26,870 bases of DNA from Candidatus Eiseniibacteriota bacterium (GTDB lineage: Bacteria > Joyebacterota > Joyebacteria > Joyebacterales > Joyebacteraceae). Under the pieces are notes generated by a model. It saw only the letters and a program-made list of their open reading frames with translations. It did no database searches and was not told the DNA's origin. Positions within the stretch are counted from its first letter, which is position 1. Each line of letters starts with the position of its first letter. Positions 9,176 through 17,889 of this stretch are shown in pieces. The translations under genes and the position numbers were made by a program. Location: assembly GCA_043819135.1 (NCBI GenBank), contig JBDRFG010000075.1:1-26870 (forward strand), in the 5' to 3' direction.

Positions 9176-9952
9176 CTACTCCAGAGCCAGAGCCGGAAGG
9201 ACCACGAGCTGACCCGTCTCGAGGCTGCAATTTCCCAGGATCTCCTCCTGCGAGCGCTTCCCTCCACCGAAGAGCCCGAGGATCTTCCTCGGCACGGGCA
9301 CTACGATGTCGTACACGTTTGTGTCGATCGACAGGTCGCCACCACCGCCACCGCTCCACTCTTCGGCGACCTTCTTCACTTCTCTGAAGTCACCCAGGCC
9401 GCCTGCGCCGTAGTCGTCCTGAAGTCCGACCGCAGGCGTGAACCGCCAGTCGGGCGCGGCGCCGTCGATGGCATCGATCGGAACACGTATCCTGATGGTG
9501 CCGTTCTTGATGTCCGTCTCAATACTCGCCCCGATGTCGACCGGCTCTGCGGAGGAGTCTATCACCTCGACGACCTCACCCGCCGCGAACACTTGATACT
9601 CGGACGGCTCGGCCAGACCCGCGTTCGCGTTGCGCCTTAGCTCGACGTCGCCACCCTCTTCGGTGTCGATGGCGACCGCGACCATGGTCAGCCGGTTGCC
9701 GACGTTCCACGGATCGACGAGATTGCGGATCTTGAACTCGAAGATGAGCGACCCGTTCTCCTTCTCGATCGCGAACGACAGAAGGTCCGCCTCGCCTCCC
9801 TCTCCGAACGCCTCGTTCAGAGGATACGTATAGTCCCCGTCACCGGTGTCGTCACCGACCGGGTCGTCCCATCTCGCCAACTCCTCCGCTCCCGCCGGTA
9901 TCGCGAGAGCAAGAAGCGCGATGAGGAGAATGGCTCCACGCAATCGTCCCAC
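9176..9952 (-). CDS. Secreted glucodextranase C-terminal DOMON-like carbohydrate-binding protein (~258 aa)
   Basis: Likely GTG start at 9952 (AAGGGGG upstream), signal peptide ending AGA-EE. Motifs DDPVGDDTGDGDYTYP, LVDPWN, VAIDT, EWSGGGG and NVYD..QEEIL match the Glucodextran_C domain of amylopullulanases and glucodextranases. Confidence 0.75.
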   Translation of the reverse strand: MGRLRGAILLIALLALAIPAGAEELARWDDPVGDDTGDGDYTYPLNEAFGEGGEADLLSFAIEKENGSLIFEFKIRNLVDPWNVGNRLTMVAVAIDTEEGGDVELRRNANAGLAEPSEYQVFAAGEVVEVIDSSAEPVDIGASIETDIKNGTIRIRVPIDAIDGAAPDWRFTPAVGLQDDYGAGGLGDFREVKKVAEEWSGGGGGDLSIDTNVYDIVVPVPRKILGLFGGGKRSQEEILGNCSLETGQLVVLPALALE

Positions 9953-10078
9953 GTCTGCCCCCTTGCATGCGAAGCACCGCAGCGCTCCGCGAGTATCTTC
10001 CAGGTCCAGTCCACCAGGCGCGCCCCAGCGCGGTCTCCCGCCGCGCACGCCGAAGCCTCGAAACCTCTCTGACACAAT

Positions 10079-11314
10079 CTACTCGCCCGCGAGCAGTTTG
10101 TCTATCTCCACGATTGCCGCGTTGAGCGCCGCCTCAACCGACTTCGTGCCGTCCAGAGCGGCCTGCATCTCCGGATTCATCAGATTTTCGATTTCCGGGT
10201 AGTTAGTCACTTGCGGGCGTGGAACAGCGGTCTTCATCTGTTCGACGAATACGACGAGGTAGGGATGCTCCTCCGACGTGATGGCGTCCGTGGCCTTCAC
10301 GTTGACGGGGATCTGACCGAGCCGGGACGCCCACATGCGCTGCGTCTCCTCGCCGGCGACGAACCTGAGGAACTCGGCGGCGAGCTCCGGCTGCTTCGAG
10401 TTCCTGAACACGACCAGGTTGTTACCGCCGACGTTGGTCGACGTGCCCGCCGGTCCTTTCGGAATAAGCCCGACGCCGAAGTCTATGCCCGTCCGCTTCA
10501 TGCTCTCGACGGCCCACGGACCGTTCAGGATCATCGAGTATCTGCCGTTCTGGAACCCGAGGTCGTGCACGATGCCGCCCGCACGCCACGCTCCGCCCTC
10601 GATGCCGTACTTCTCATAGAGGTCTACCTTGAGCTGGAACGCCTTGACGCCCTCGGGACCGTTCAGCACACAGCGCGTTCCGTCCTCTGAGAGGAACTCC
10701 GCGCCGTGCGTGTAGAAGAACGGAAGCGTCCACCAGAGCGAGTTGCTGAGGCCGATACCGAAGACGCCCTCTTTCTTGTTCGTCAGCTTCTTGCCGTACG
10801 ATATCAGCTCGTCCCACGTGGTCGGAGGCCGTTCCGGGTCGAGCCCCGCGCTGCGGAAGTGCTCCTTATTATAGAAGAGGCAGAGTCCGTTCGTCTGGTC
10901 CGGCAGCCCCCACAGCTTGTCGTCGTAGTAGCAGCTCGAGAGCGCGACGGGCAGGATCTCCTCCCGGAACTCGACCGGCACGTACGGACCGAGGTCCAGG
11001 AGCGCGTTCTTGCTGGCGAGTCTCGAAAGGAACGAGACGTCGACCCTGGCGATGTCCGGCTCGGTCCGCGTCGTCAGCGCGGTCTGTATCTTCGGCTCGG
11101 CGCCGGCGAACGGAAGCCGGACCACGTCGATCGTGATACTCGGATGGGTCACCTTGAAGTTCTCCACGATCTCCTTGAAGACCGGGTACTCCTCGTCGTT
11201 GTAGGTCTGCCAGATGGTCAGCGTGGCGCCGTCGTCCTGCCCGCCCCCGCATCCGGCCATGAGCGCGACCGAGCAGACCCCCACGACCACCGCCGCTATC
11301 ACCGCTCGTCTCAT
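10079..11314 (-). CDS. Carbohydrate ABC transporter solute-binding lipoprotein (CUT1, MalE-like)
   Basis: Lipobox LMAG-C. Motifs TLTIW, PDIA, LWGLP, LFYNKEHF, PPTTWDEL, FQNGRYSMILNGPW and GGNNL. Confidence 0.92.
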   Translation of the reverse strand: MRRAVIAAVVVGVCSVALMAGCGGGQDDGATLTIWQTYNDEEYPVFKEIVENFKVTHPSITIDVVRLPFAGAEPKIQTALTTRTEPDIARVDVSFLSRLASKNALLDLGPYVPVEFREEILPVALSSCYYDDKLWGLPDQTNGLCLFYNKEHFRSAGLDPERPPTTWDELISYGKKLTNKKEGVFGIGLSNSLWWTLPFFYTHGAEFLSEDGTRCVLNGPEGVKAFQLKVDLYEKYGIEGGAWRAGGIVHDLGFQNGRYSMILNGPWAVESMKRTGIDFGVGLIPKGPAGTSTNVGGNNLVVFRNSKQPELAAEFLRFVAGEETQRMWASRLGQIPVNVKATDAITSEEHPYLVVFVEQMKTAVPRPQVTNYPEIENLMNPEMQAALDGTKSVEAALNAAIVEIDKLLAGE

Positions 11315-11358
11315 TCCGTGTCCCTTTCGCGTGGTGTTTCCGCGAGGCGCCCGCTCGT

Positions 11359-12186
11359 CTAGCCCTTGAGCGCCCCCATCGTCATTCCTTCAATGAAGTA
11401 CCTCTGAGCGAAGAAGAAGAGCGCGGCTATCGGCAGCACCGAAATGCACGAGCCCGCCATCTTCAGTGTGTACAGCTCCTCGTGCGCGCTCTTGAACATC
11501 GCGAGCCCCACCGGAACGGTGTAGAGGCGCTCGACGTTCGTTACGATCAGCTGCCAGAGGAAGTTGTTCCAGTGGAACTGGAAGGTCAGGAGGAAGAGCG
11601 TGGCGATGATCGGGATCGACAGGGGAACCATGACGGTCCTGAAGACCTGCCACTCTCCCGCCCCGTCTATCTTCGCCGCCTCCAGAAGCTCCGAAGGGAT
11701 CGTCATCATGTACTGCCTCATCAGAAAGAGGCCGAAAACATTGGCGAGGTGTGGGACGATCATCGCTTGGTAGGTGTTCATCCATCCCAGTTTGTTGATG
11801 ATGGCGAACTGCGGCACGACGTACATCATCCCCGGTATCATGAGCGACGCGAGCAGGAAGCCAAATAATTTGTCGCGCCCTATGAACTGCTTCTTCGCAA
11901 ATACGTATCCCGCCATCGTCGCGAAGAGCGTCGCGAAGAGCGCCGCGGTCGTCGCCACAATGACGCTGTTTCCGAAGTAGCGCGCGAATCCGTAGTCGGT
12001 GAGCACGCGCCTGAAGTTCTCGAGCGTCGGCTTCGAGGGGAAGATCTCCTGGCTGAACGCCTGTCCCGGTTCCTTGAATGCCGTCACGACCATCCAGAAG
12101 AACGGGAACAGAACGACGACAGCGGCGACCGTCAGGCCGACGTAGAGGATCGTTCTCTTCGCGGTCGTCGCGCCAGTGCGTGGCAA
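11359..12186 (-). CDS. Carbohydrate ABC transporter permease (MalG-like, ~275 aa)
   Basis: TTG start at 12186 behind GGAGGT, 2 bp after the upstream stop. Motifs PFFWMV and FGNS, EAA loop [20 protein letters not shown]. Confidence 0.92.
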   Translation of the reverse strand: MPRTGATTAKRTILYVGLTVAAVVVLFPFFWMVVTAFKEPGQAFSQEIFPSKPTLENFRRVLTDYGFARYFGNSVIVATTAALFATLFATMAGYVFAKKQFIGRDKLFGFLLASLMIPGMMYVVPQFAIINKLGWMNTYQAMIVPHLANVFGLFLMRQYMMTIPSELLEAAKIDGAGEWQVFRTVMVPLSIPIIATLFLLTFQFHWNNFLWQLIVTNVERLYTVPVGLAMFKSAHEELYTLKMAGSCISVLPIAALFFFAQRYFIEGMTMGALKG

Positions 12187-12188
12187 GT

Positions 12189-13184
12189 CTACACCTCCGC
12201 CCTGAGGAAGCGCCGGTTGACAACGGAAATGATAAGCGTGATCGCAAGGAGCACGTACGACATGGCCGCGGCGTACCCGAGCTTGAACTGCGTGTAGAAC
12301 GTATCGAAGACGTAGTACCCCGTCACCCACGTCGCTCCGAGCGCGCGACCTCCGACGTCGATGTTCGGCCCACCGCTCGTCATCGCGTAGACCTCCGCGA
12401 ACGCGTTAAGGGCTCCGATCGTCCCGATGATGACCATGAAGAGGGTGATGGGTTTCACCAGCGGGAGCGTTATCGCAGTGAAGCGCCTCCACGGCGTGGC
12501 GCCGTCTATCTCGGCGGCCTCGTACAGCGACTGCGGAATGTTCTGGATCGCCGACAGGTAGAGGATCATCCCGAACCCGGCGCCCTTGAGCACGTTCGCG
12601 AAGACGACGGACGGCATCGCCGAGCCGGGTATGCCCAGGAACCCGCGCTCCGTGAACGTCGTGATGCCCACGCTCTCGAAGATGCGCGTCAGCACTCCGA
12701 CGTGCGGGCTGTATATCAGCGTCCACACAATGCCCACGACCAGCATGTCGAGCACGTAGGGCATGAAGAACGCGCTTCGATACGCCGCGACGAATCTGAG
12801 CCGGTTGTTGAGCAGGAGCGCCAGGACGAGAGAGGCGGCTATTCCCGACGGGATGATGAGCGCAGCGTAGTAGAGCGTCATGAGCACCGACCACCAGAAC
12901 TTGGTGTCGGCGAGAAGCTTCGCGAAGTTCCTGAACGCGACGAACTCCAGCCCGCCGAATATGTCGAAGGAGTCAGCGGGCACCTGGTGGAGCGCCAGGT
13001 AGAGCGAGTAGAAGACCGGGAAGACCAGGAAGATGGCGAAGATGACAAGAAACGGCGCGAGAAACGCGTAGGATGTGGCCGAGTCGCGCGTCCGTGTGGA
13101 AGCGCGGCGCGGGCCCGGGTTCACACCGGGCCCGTCCGATCCAGGTTGTTCCTGCTTTCGCATCCGACTGTCGTGACTAGGCAT
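12189..13184 (-). CDS. Carbohydrate ABC transporter permease (MalF/UgpA-like)
   Basis: AGGAGG upstream. YAFLAP, FVAFRNF, EAA loop [26 protein letters not shown]. The exact start is uncertain. Confidence 0.92.
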   Translation of the reverse strand: MPSHDSRMRKQEQPGSDGPGVNPGPRRASTRTRDSATSYAFLAPFLVIFAIFLVFPVFYSLYLALHQVPADSFDIFGGLEFVAFRNFAKLLADTKFWWSVLMTLYYAALIIPSGIAASLVLALLLNNRLRFVAAYRSAFFMPYVLDMLVVGIVWTLIYSPHVGVLTRIFESVGITTFTERGFLGIPGSAMPSVVFANVLKGAGFGMILYLSAIQNIPQSLYEAAEIDGATPWRRFTAITLPLVKPITLFMVIIGTIGALNAFAEVYAMTSGGPNIDVGGRALGATWVTGYYVFDTFYTQFKLGYAAAMSYVLLAITLIISVVNRRFLRAEV

Positions 13185-13251
13185 CGGCGGTCACGGCCTC
13201 CTGTAGCCGACCCCCTCGCGAGATCGCGGGGCCGTTTCCTACCGGGGAATC

Positions 13252-14040
13252 TCACTCAACGGTCAGGATCGAATTGACGCCGCCGTAGCCGTCATCGACG
13301 CTGTCCGGGTTGCCAGGATCTTCGATCCACGTGCCGTCGACGACGAACTTGTAGAAGTACTCCCCCGGCTCGAGTTCAACGCTCGTCCGCCACAGGCCGT
13401 CGTCGCCCTTCACGAGCGGCTGGACCGTCGGGTCCCAGTCGTTGAAGGTGCCGGCGAGGTAGACGGAACCGGCATCGGGGAAGTCGACCTCCATCGCGAC
13501 GCCCTGCGCCGTGACGGTGATCGTGGGAGTCGTGGGAGTCGTGGTGTCCCTGTCGAACCCGCCGCCTTCACCGATGACCGTGCCCGTGACGATCTCGTAG
13601 TCGTAGGAAACGGTCGACGGGACCACAATAAGGGAGTTCTCGATACCGCCCTCCGTGGCCTTGTCCGGGTTGTTGGGGTCCTGCTCCCACCGGACCCCGC
13701 CGTCAATGACGTACTTGTACTGATAGCGTCCCGGCGGAAGAGGGACAACAATGTCCCAGGTGCCGTCGCCGTCGCCGTCGCTCATCTGGTCGATGCTCGA
13801 ATCGTATCGCCCGCCGCCCTGCGTCCCACCCCAGTTGTTGAAGCCGCCAGCGAGCGTCACCTGGCGCGCCGAGGGAGCGTGGTACCGGAACATGATCCCG
13901 TCGTCCACCTCGGAAGGCGGAGGCAGCCGGTCCTGTATCCAGTCCAGCGTGCCCGCGCACGAACTGAGCGCCAACGCTACCGCCAGCGCAAGGACAAGCA
14001 GCGACGCCGGCGTGCTTCTTCTGTAGATAGTGTTCCTCAC
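13252..14040 (-). CDS. Lipoprotein with two CBM48-like (AMPK-beta-type glycogen-binding) domains (~262 aa)
   Basis: GTG start at 14040 with GGAGGAG RBS and lipobox LSS-C. Two copies of V.LAG.FN.W...G.W...L.PG.Y.YK(Y/F)V(I/V)DG..W..DP.NP...NS, joined by a TTTPTTPT linker. Confidence 0.85.
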   Translation of the reverse strand: MRNTIYRRSTPASLLVLALAVALALSSCAGTLDWIQDRLPPPSEVDDGIMFRYHAPSARQVTLAGGFNNWGGTQGGGRYDSSIDQMSDGDGDGTWDIVVPLPPGRYQYKYVIDGGVRWEQDPNNPDKATEGGIENSLIVVPSTVSYDYEIVTGTVIGEGGGFDRDTTTPTTPTITVTAQGVAMEVDFPDAGSVYLAGTFNDWDPTVQPLVKGDDGLWRTSVELEPGEYFYKFVVDGTWIEDPGNPDSVDDGYGGVNSILTVE

Positions 14041-14080
14041 GATGCCCAACTCCTCCATCCGCGGTTCCGTGCTTCCGTCG

Positions 14081-16159
14081 CTAGAACGATATGACCGCCA
14101 TGACCCCGATGACCCTGGCGTCGGCCAGCGCCTCTTCGGCGTCCAGCGCGTCGTTGCCGCTGTGGTCCCACACGTACTCAGCGAGCCACCTCTCGCGACC
14201 GTTCCCTCTGCCCTCGACCGGCGTGTCCATGTAGTTGGTGGGATTGACGCCGTAGCCCACTCTGAGTTCGACGTTCTCCCTGGGGCTGTAGGCCAGGGCG
14301 ACGTAGGGCGCCGTGAAGGAATCGTCGGCGTAGTGGAGCGAATCCTGAGTGGACATCCCCAGCCTGATAATGTCCCTGTAGGAAATGGTCCTGACGTCGA
14401 ACAACAGGCTCCAATCCTGCCACAGACCCACGTCCGCCATCCCGATGAACTCGATAGTGCTCGGATCTTCCAGGTAGTCCCCATCGTAGTAGAAGTTGAG
14501 CAGTTCTGCCGCAAACCCGACGCGAACCCTATCGGTCAGATTGGCTCCGCCGGTCGCAGCGACCCGCGTGCTGCGCTGGCTCCAGGTGTCGAAGTCGTCA
14601 AAGGCGCCATGGATCGTCTCAACGTAGTTCCACTCGTAGTCATCGCGGTCGTACTCGAGCTTGAGGTCGAAGATACCGAACCCTAGGTTGGCGTCGAACT
14701 CCATTGCGAATTCGTCCCGCTGGGGCGACGGGCCGTAGACGTTCAAGGAGAGCGGAGAGCCGTCGTACTTGACCTCGGTGTACTGCCCGACGAACGGGGA
14801 CACCCAGTAAGGACCACCGTAGGTCACGTAGAGGTCGTCCGAGTTCATGGAATCGATCGTGGCCTTCGTGAGCTCCAGACGGAGGTCAAGGACCGGAAGC
14901 GGCGAGCTCTTCAGGACACCCCTGGCGAGCCAGCCGGTCATGTCGCCGACGCGTACCTCGATGGCGCCGTTCGAGTAGTCTTCACCCTCGACCTTCTCCC
15001 TGTTGCCCATGTCGAAGAGGCTGTCGTAGCTGTAGAACGAGTACTCGGCCGCGGCGTGGAGTAATCCGTCCGCTACCGGCGCGGCGACGTCGAAACCAAT
15101 CCACGTCTCCGTGTTGGACAGCTCGAACCAGTCGCTCGTGGATCCGGTCTCCTCTTTGAACTCGTCGATGTGCGGGCTCGAGTTCGTTCCGGTCCAGTCG
15201 ATCCACCAACCGTCACGCCAGCTGGTGTAGGTGGCGCCGAGAGTCACCGGACCGACGGCCCGATTCAGACGCGCGGCAAGGAGGTCTGTCTCCGTGTTGT
15301 CGTACACACCCGGGTCGTTCATGATGAAGTAGTCGTATACGTTCGCGTAGGTAGCGCTGAGCGTGAAGTCCCAGAACTCCGTGTCGACGACGATGCCCTG
15401 CGCTCCTCTGCCGAACGGGATGTGCTCTTCAGGGATCGTGAAGTCCAGGTCGATGTGACCGACGGTCTCGAGGGGGTTATCGTACTGCACCAGCTCCTCG
15501 TTGTAGAACCCCGTCACCGTAAACGGGCCGCCCTCAAGAACGGCGTGGCCGCTGTAGATGTCAGCCGAGATCTCCTTGATGTCTCCGGCCCCGGTCGAGA
15601 GGCGAACCACGGCGCTTCCGGAGGCAACCGACGTCACGGTCGGATTGACGCCGATGTAGAACTCGTGCGCCGGCCTGGTGAGCCGCCAGCGCGGATCGCT
15701 CTGCAGTTCCGTCTGCGTCTCGTATGTCGCTCGATACCAGCCGGTCAGCTGCACCCTGGAGTTCGCCGGCGTGTTTGAGATGGCGGCCGCGGCCCCACCG
15801 GACACAGGCTCACCATCGTCGTCGATCGTGACACCCGAGTTGCCGTAGTCGCCCACGACCTTCGGATTCTCCGGGTCCGCGATCCACTCGGAGCCGTTCA
15901 CGACGAACTTGTACTCGTACTCGCCGGGCTCCAGGTCGACGACCACCCTCCATACCCCGTCCGCGTCCTGAGTAAGCGGCTGCGCGTTCATGTTCCAGTT
16001 GTTGAAGTCGCCGGCCAGACTCACGCTGCCCGCGCTCGGGTCGTCGAAGGTGAATTCCACGCCTCCGTCCGCCTTGGACAGGCCCGCGATCGCACTCCCG
16101 GCTACAAGGAGAGCGAGGGCCGTCACGGCTGCCACACCTGCGATGCCTCTGTGCTTCAT
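14081..16159 (-). CDS. Outer-membrane beta-barrel with N-terminal CBM48-like glycogen-binding domain (~692 aa)
   Basis: ATG at 16159 with GGAGA RBS, signal peptide ending AIA-G. CBM48 motif VSLAGDFNNW...LEPGEYEYKFVVNG..W..DPENP. Then about 570 aa of aromatic-rich amphipathic strands ending in a terminal Phe (IGVMAVISF). Confidence 0.75.
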   Translation of the reverse strand: MKHRGIAGVAAVTALALLVAGSAIAGLSKADGGVEFTFDDPSAGSVSLAGDFNNWNMNAQPLTQDADGVWRVVVDLEPGEYEYKFVVNGSEWIADPENPKVVGDYGNSGVTIDDDGEPVSGGAAAAISNTPANSRVQLTGWYRATYETQTELQSDPRWRLTRPAHEFYIGVNPTVTSVASGSAVVRLSTGAGDIKEISADIYSGHAVLEGGPFTVTGFYNEELVQYDNPLETVGHIDLDFTIPEEHIPFGRGAQGIVVDTEFWDFTLSATYANVYDYFIMNDPGVYDNTETDLLAARLNRAVGPVTLGATYTSWRDGWWIDWTGTNSSPHIDEFKEETGSTSDWFELSNTETWIGFDVAAPVADGLLHAAAEYSFYSYDSLFDMGNREKVEGEDYSNGAIEVRVGDMTGWLARGVLKSSPLPVLDLRLELTKATIDSMNSDDLYVTYGGPYWVSPFVGQYTEVKYDGSPLSLNVYGPSPQRDEFAMEFDANLGFGIFDLKLEYDRDDYEWNYVETIHGAFDDFDTWSQRSTRVAATGGANLTDRVRVGFAAELLNFYYDGDYLEDPSTIEFIGMADVGLWQDWSLLFDVRTISYRDIIRLGMSTQDSLHYADDSFTAPYVALAYSPRENVELRVGYGVNPTNYMDTPVEGRGNGRERWLAEYVWDHSGNDALDAEEALADARVIGVMAVISF

Positions 16160-16236
16160 GGGTTCTTCTCCAGACTGGGCGCTTGTCGCGCCTCCCACAA
16201 GTGGCTCTCGGGACCCACCGGCCCCAGGTTTCTTCC

Positions 16237-17811
16237 CTAGTAGTAGATCCTCACGAATGCCTTGAACACCTGCTCGGTTATCGAGTTTGCGCCGTGCGAC
16301 ACGAAGTCGCCATCGTTGACAAGGTCGTTGCTCTGATCCGGGTTGCCGAACTCGACGAAAAACTCCGCGCTGTTCCAACCCAGATACCGGATCTGCGCGA
16401 ACGCCGTCTGCCGGGACTCGGTGGCCTCGTCGACGTTCATCACGCGCGCGTAGAACTTCCAGAGATCGCTCAGGTTGACGTTCGCCTCGAAGCCGTATGC
16501 GGTCACCTCGTAGTCGGAGTCGATGTCCCTGATGCGAAACTGCGTCCGCAGCTTGACCAGTTTGTTCTCGCCCGTCAGCTCGAAGAAGAGGTTGGGCCAG
16601 ATGCCGTTGTTGTCCTCGTAGACCTTGTACTCGGTCTTGCCTGTGAACCCGTTCAGAAACTCGATGTACGCCTCGCTCCCCCACTCGTCGATGTTGCCCA
16701 CCGACTGCGCGTGGCTCGTCACCAGCGGGTCCTCAGGCTCGGCGTGCCTGATCCAGCCCTTGAGGTTGATGGCCTTCGTGGGAACGCGGTAATGCCCCTC
16801 AGCGTAGTACTGCGTGTAGCCGTTGAGATTCTGCCTGTCGCCGTGCGCGAGACCCTGGTTGTAGAAGTCCTTGCCGTAGGTCTCCCACGCGCCAAGGAAC
16901 TGCATCGGGCCCACGCGGATGTCCCTGAGCTCCGTCTTGAATCCGTTGACACCGGGGTCTTCATCGTCACTCAGATGTCCGGATGTGGTTCGCCCGTACT
17001 CGGATGCCCACGTGACGCGTCCGAACTGCCCGATCACCGGCGCGATATCTCCCAGAGCAAGTTCTGCGTCGAACGCCACCGTCTCGTCGAAGTTACCGCT
17101 CCTGCCTACGTAGGCCGTCTCGTTGAAGTCCTTCCGTGCGTAGGTGCTGCCCAATTGAACGCGATCGGAGAGGACCTTCTTGTTCATTCTGAAACCCCGA
17201 TAGTCGTCCGTGCTGCTTGAGATCGTGTCTCCCACGGTGGAACCGGGGTAGTAACCCTGCTCGGCCGCGGATAGTTCGGACCACCCGGAAGAGACGTAGT
17301 CGCTTCTCTCGCTCATGAAGGCCGCGCCCGAAAACCCGTACGTGTCCCAGAAGTCCAGCCTGATTCCCTGCGCCCGCGGCCCGTAGTCGTCGTGCTTCAC
17401 CTGTCCCGAGTCCACGATCTGGAGGAGCGGTTCGTTGAGCCAGAACCTGTCCTGTCCCGCGAACAGGTGCGTCTCGAACTTGCTCGCGTGAAACCGAAGG
17501 TGCGCCTCGCGGAAGAAGAACTTCGTATCCTTCAGATCGTCCATCCACCTGTTCGACTCGGCCGAGACCTTCAGGAAGCTGTCGATGTCCTGCCACGGAC
17601 TCGACTTGAGCCGGAACTCGGCGTAGAGTTGGGGATTGTCGAGCCCCCAGCTGGGGTCTCCGCCGCCGCTGCTCCGAAGCTCGCTCATGAGCGAGGAGTA
17701 GCCCTCGAGGGTCGTTACCCCGGCGGCGGGCACGACCCACGCCGCGAGCGTCAGACCCGCGGTGAGGAGAGCGAAGATGTGGCGGCTTCTCTTTCTCTTA
17801 GTTCGAACCAA
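16237..17811 (-). CDS. Putative outer-membrane beta-barrel, distant paralogue of the downstream barrel (524 aa)
   Basis: TTG start with TAAGGAG RBS, Sec signal peptide, amphipathic beta-strands throughout and a C-terminal aromatic beta-signal (FKAFVRIYY). Confidence 0.7.
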   Translation of the reverse strand: MVRTKRKRSRHIFALLTAGLTLAAWVVPAAGVTTLEGYSSLMSELRSSGGGDPSWGLDNPQLYAEFRLKSSPWQDIDSFLKVSAESNRWMDDLKDTKFFFREAHLRFHASKFETHLFAGQDRFWLNEPLLQIVDSGQVKHDDYGPRAQGIRLDFWDTYGFSGAAFMSERSDYVSSGWSELSAAEQGYYPGSTVGDTISSSTDDYRGFRMNKKVLSDRVQLGSTYARKDFNETAYVGRSGNFDETVAFDAELALGDIAPVIGQFGRVTWASEYGRTTSGHLSDDEDPGVNGFKTELRDIRVGPMQFLGAWETYGKDFYNQGLAHGDRQNLNGYTQYYAEGHYRVPTKAINLKGWIRHAEPEDPLVTSHAQSVGNIDEWGSEAYIEFLNGFTGKTEYKVYEDNNGIWPNLFFELTGENKLVKLRTQFRIRDIDSDYEVTAYGFEANVNLSDLWKFYARVMNVDEATESRQTAFAQIRYLGWNSAEFFVEFGNPDQSNDLVNDGDFVSHGANSITEQVFKAFVRIYY

Positions 17812-17889
17812 CGGAAGCTCCTTAGAAGTCTGTAGCTACGGTCAGTGCTCGGCGGTGGCGCCCCGCGCGGGGCAACTACCACGGTCCTC

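Noticed and set aside
13521..13547. Tandem 9-bp repeat tcgtgggag
   Set aside because: It is in frame and simply encodes the TTPTTPT linker between the CBM48 domains.
14041..16684. Long N-terminal extensions in the ORF track (13252-14514, 14081-16684; also 11359-12330 and 18785-24226)
   Set aside because: The extensions overlap upstream genes or lack an RBS. Downstream starts have good RBSs directly followed by signal peptides or the expected first TM segment.
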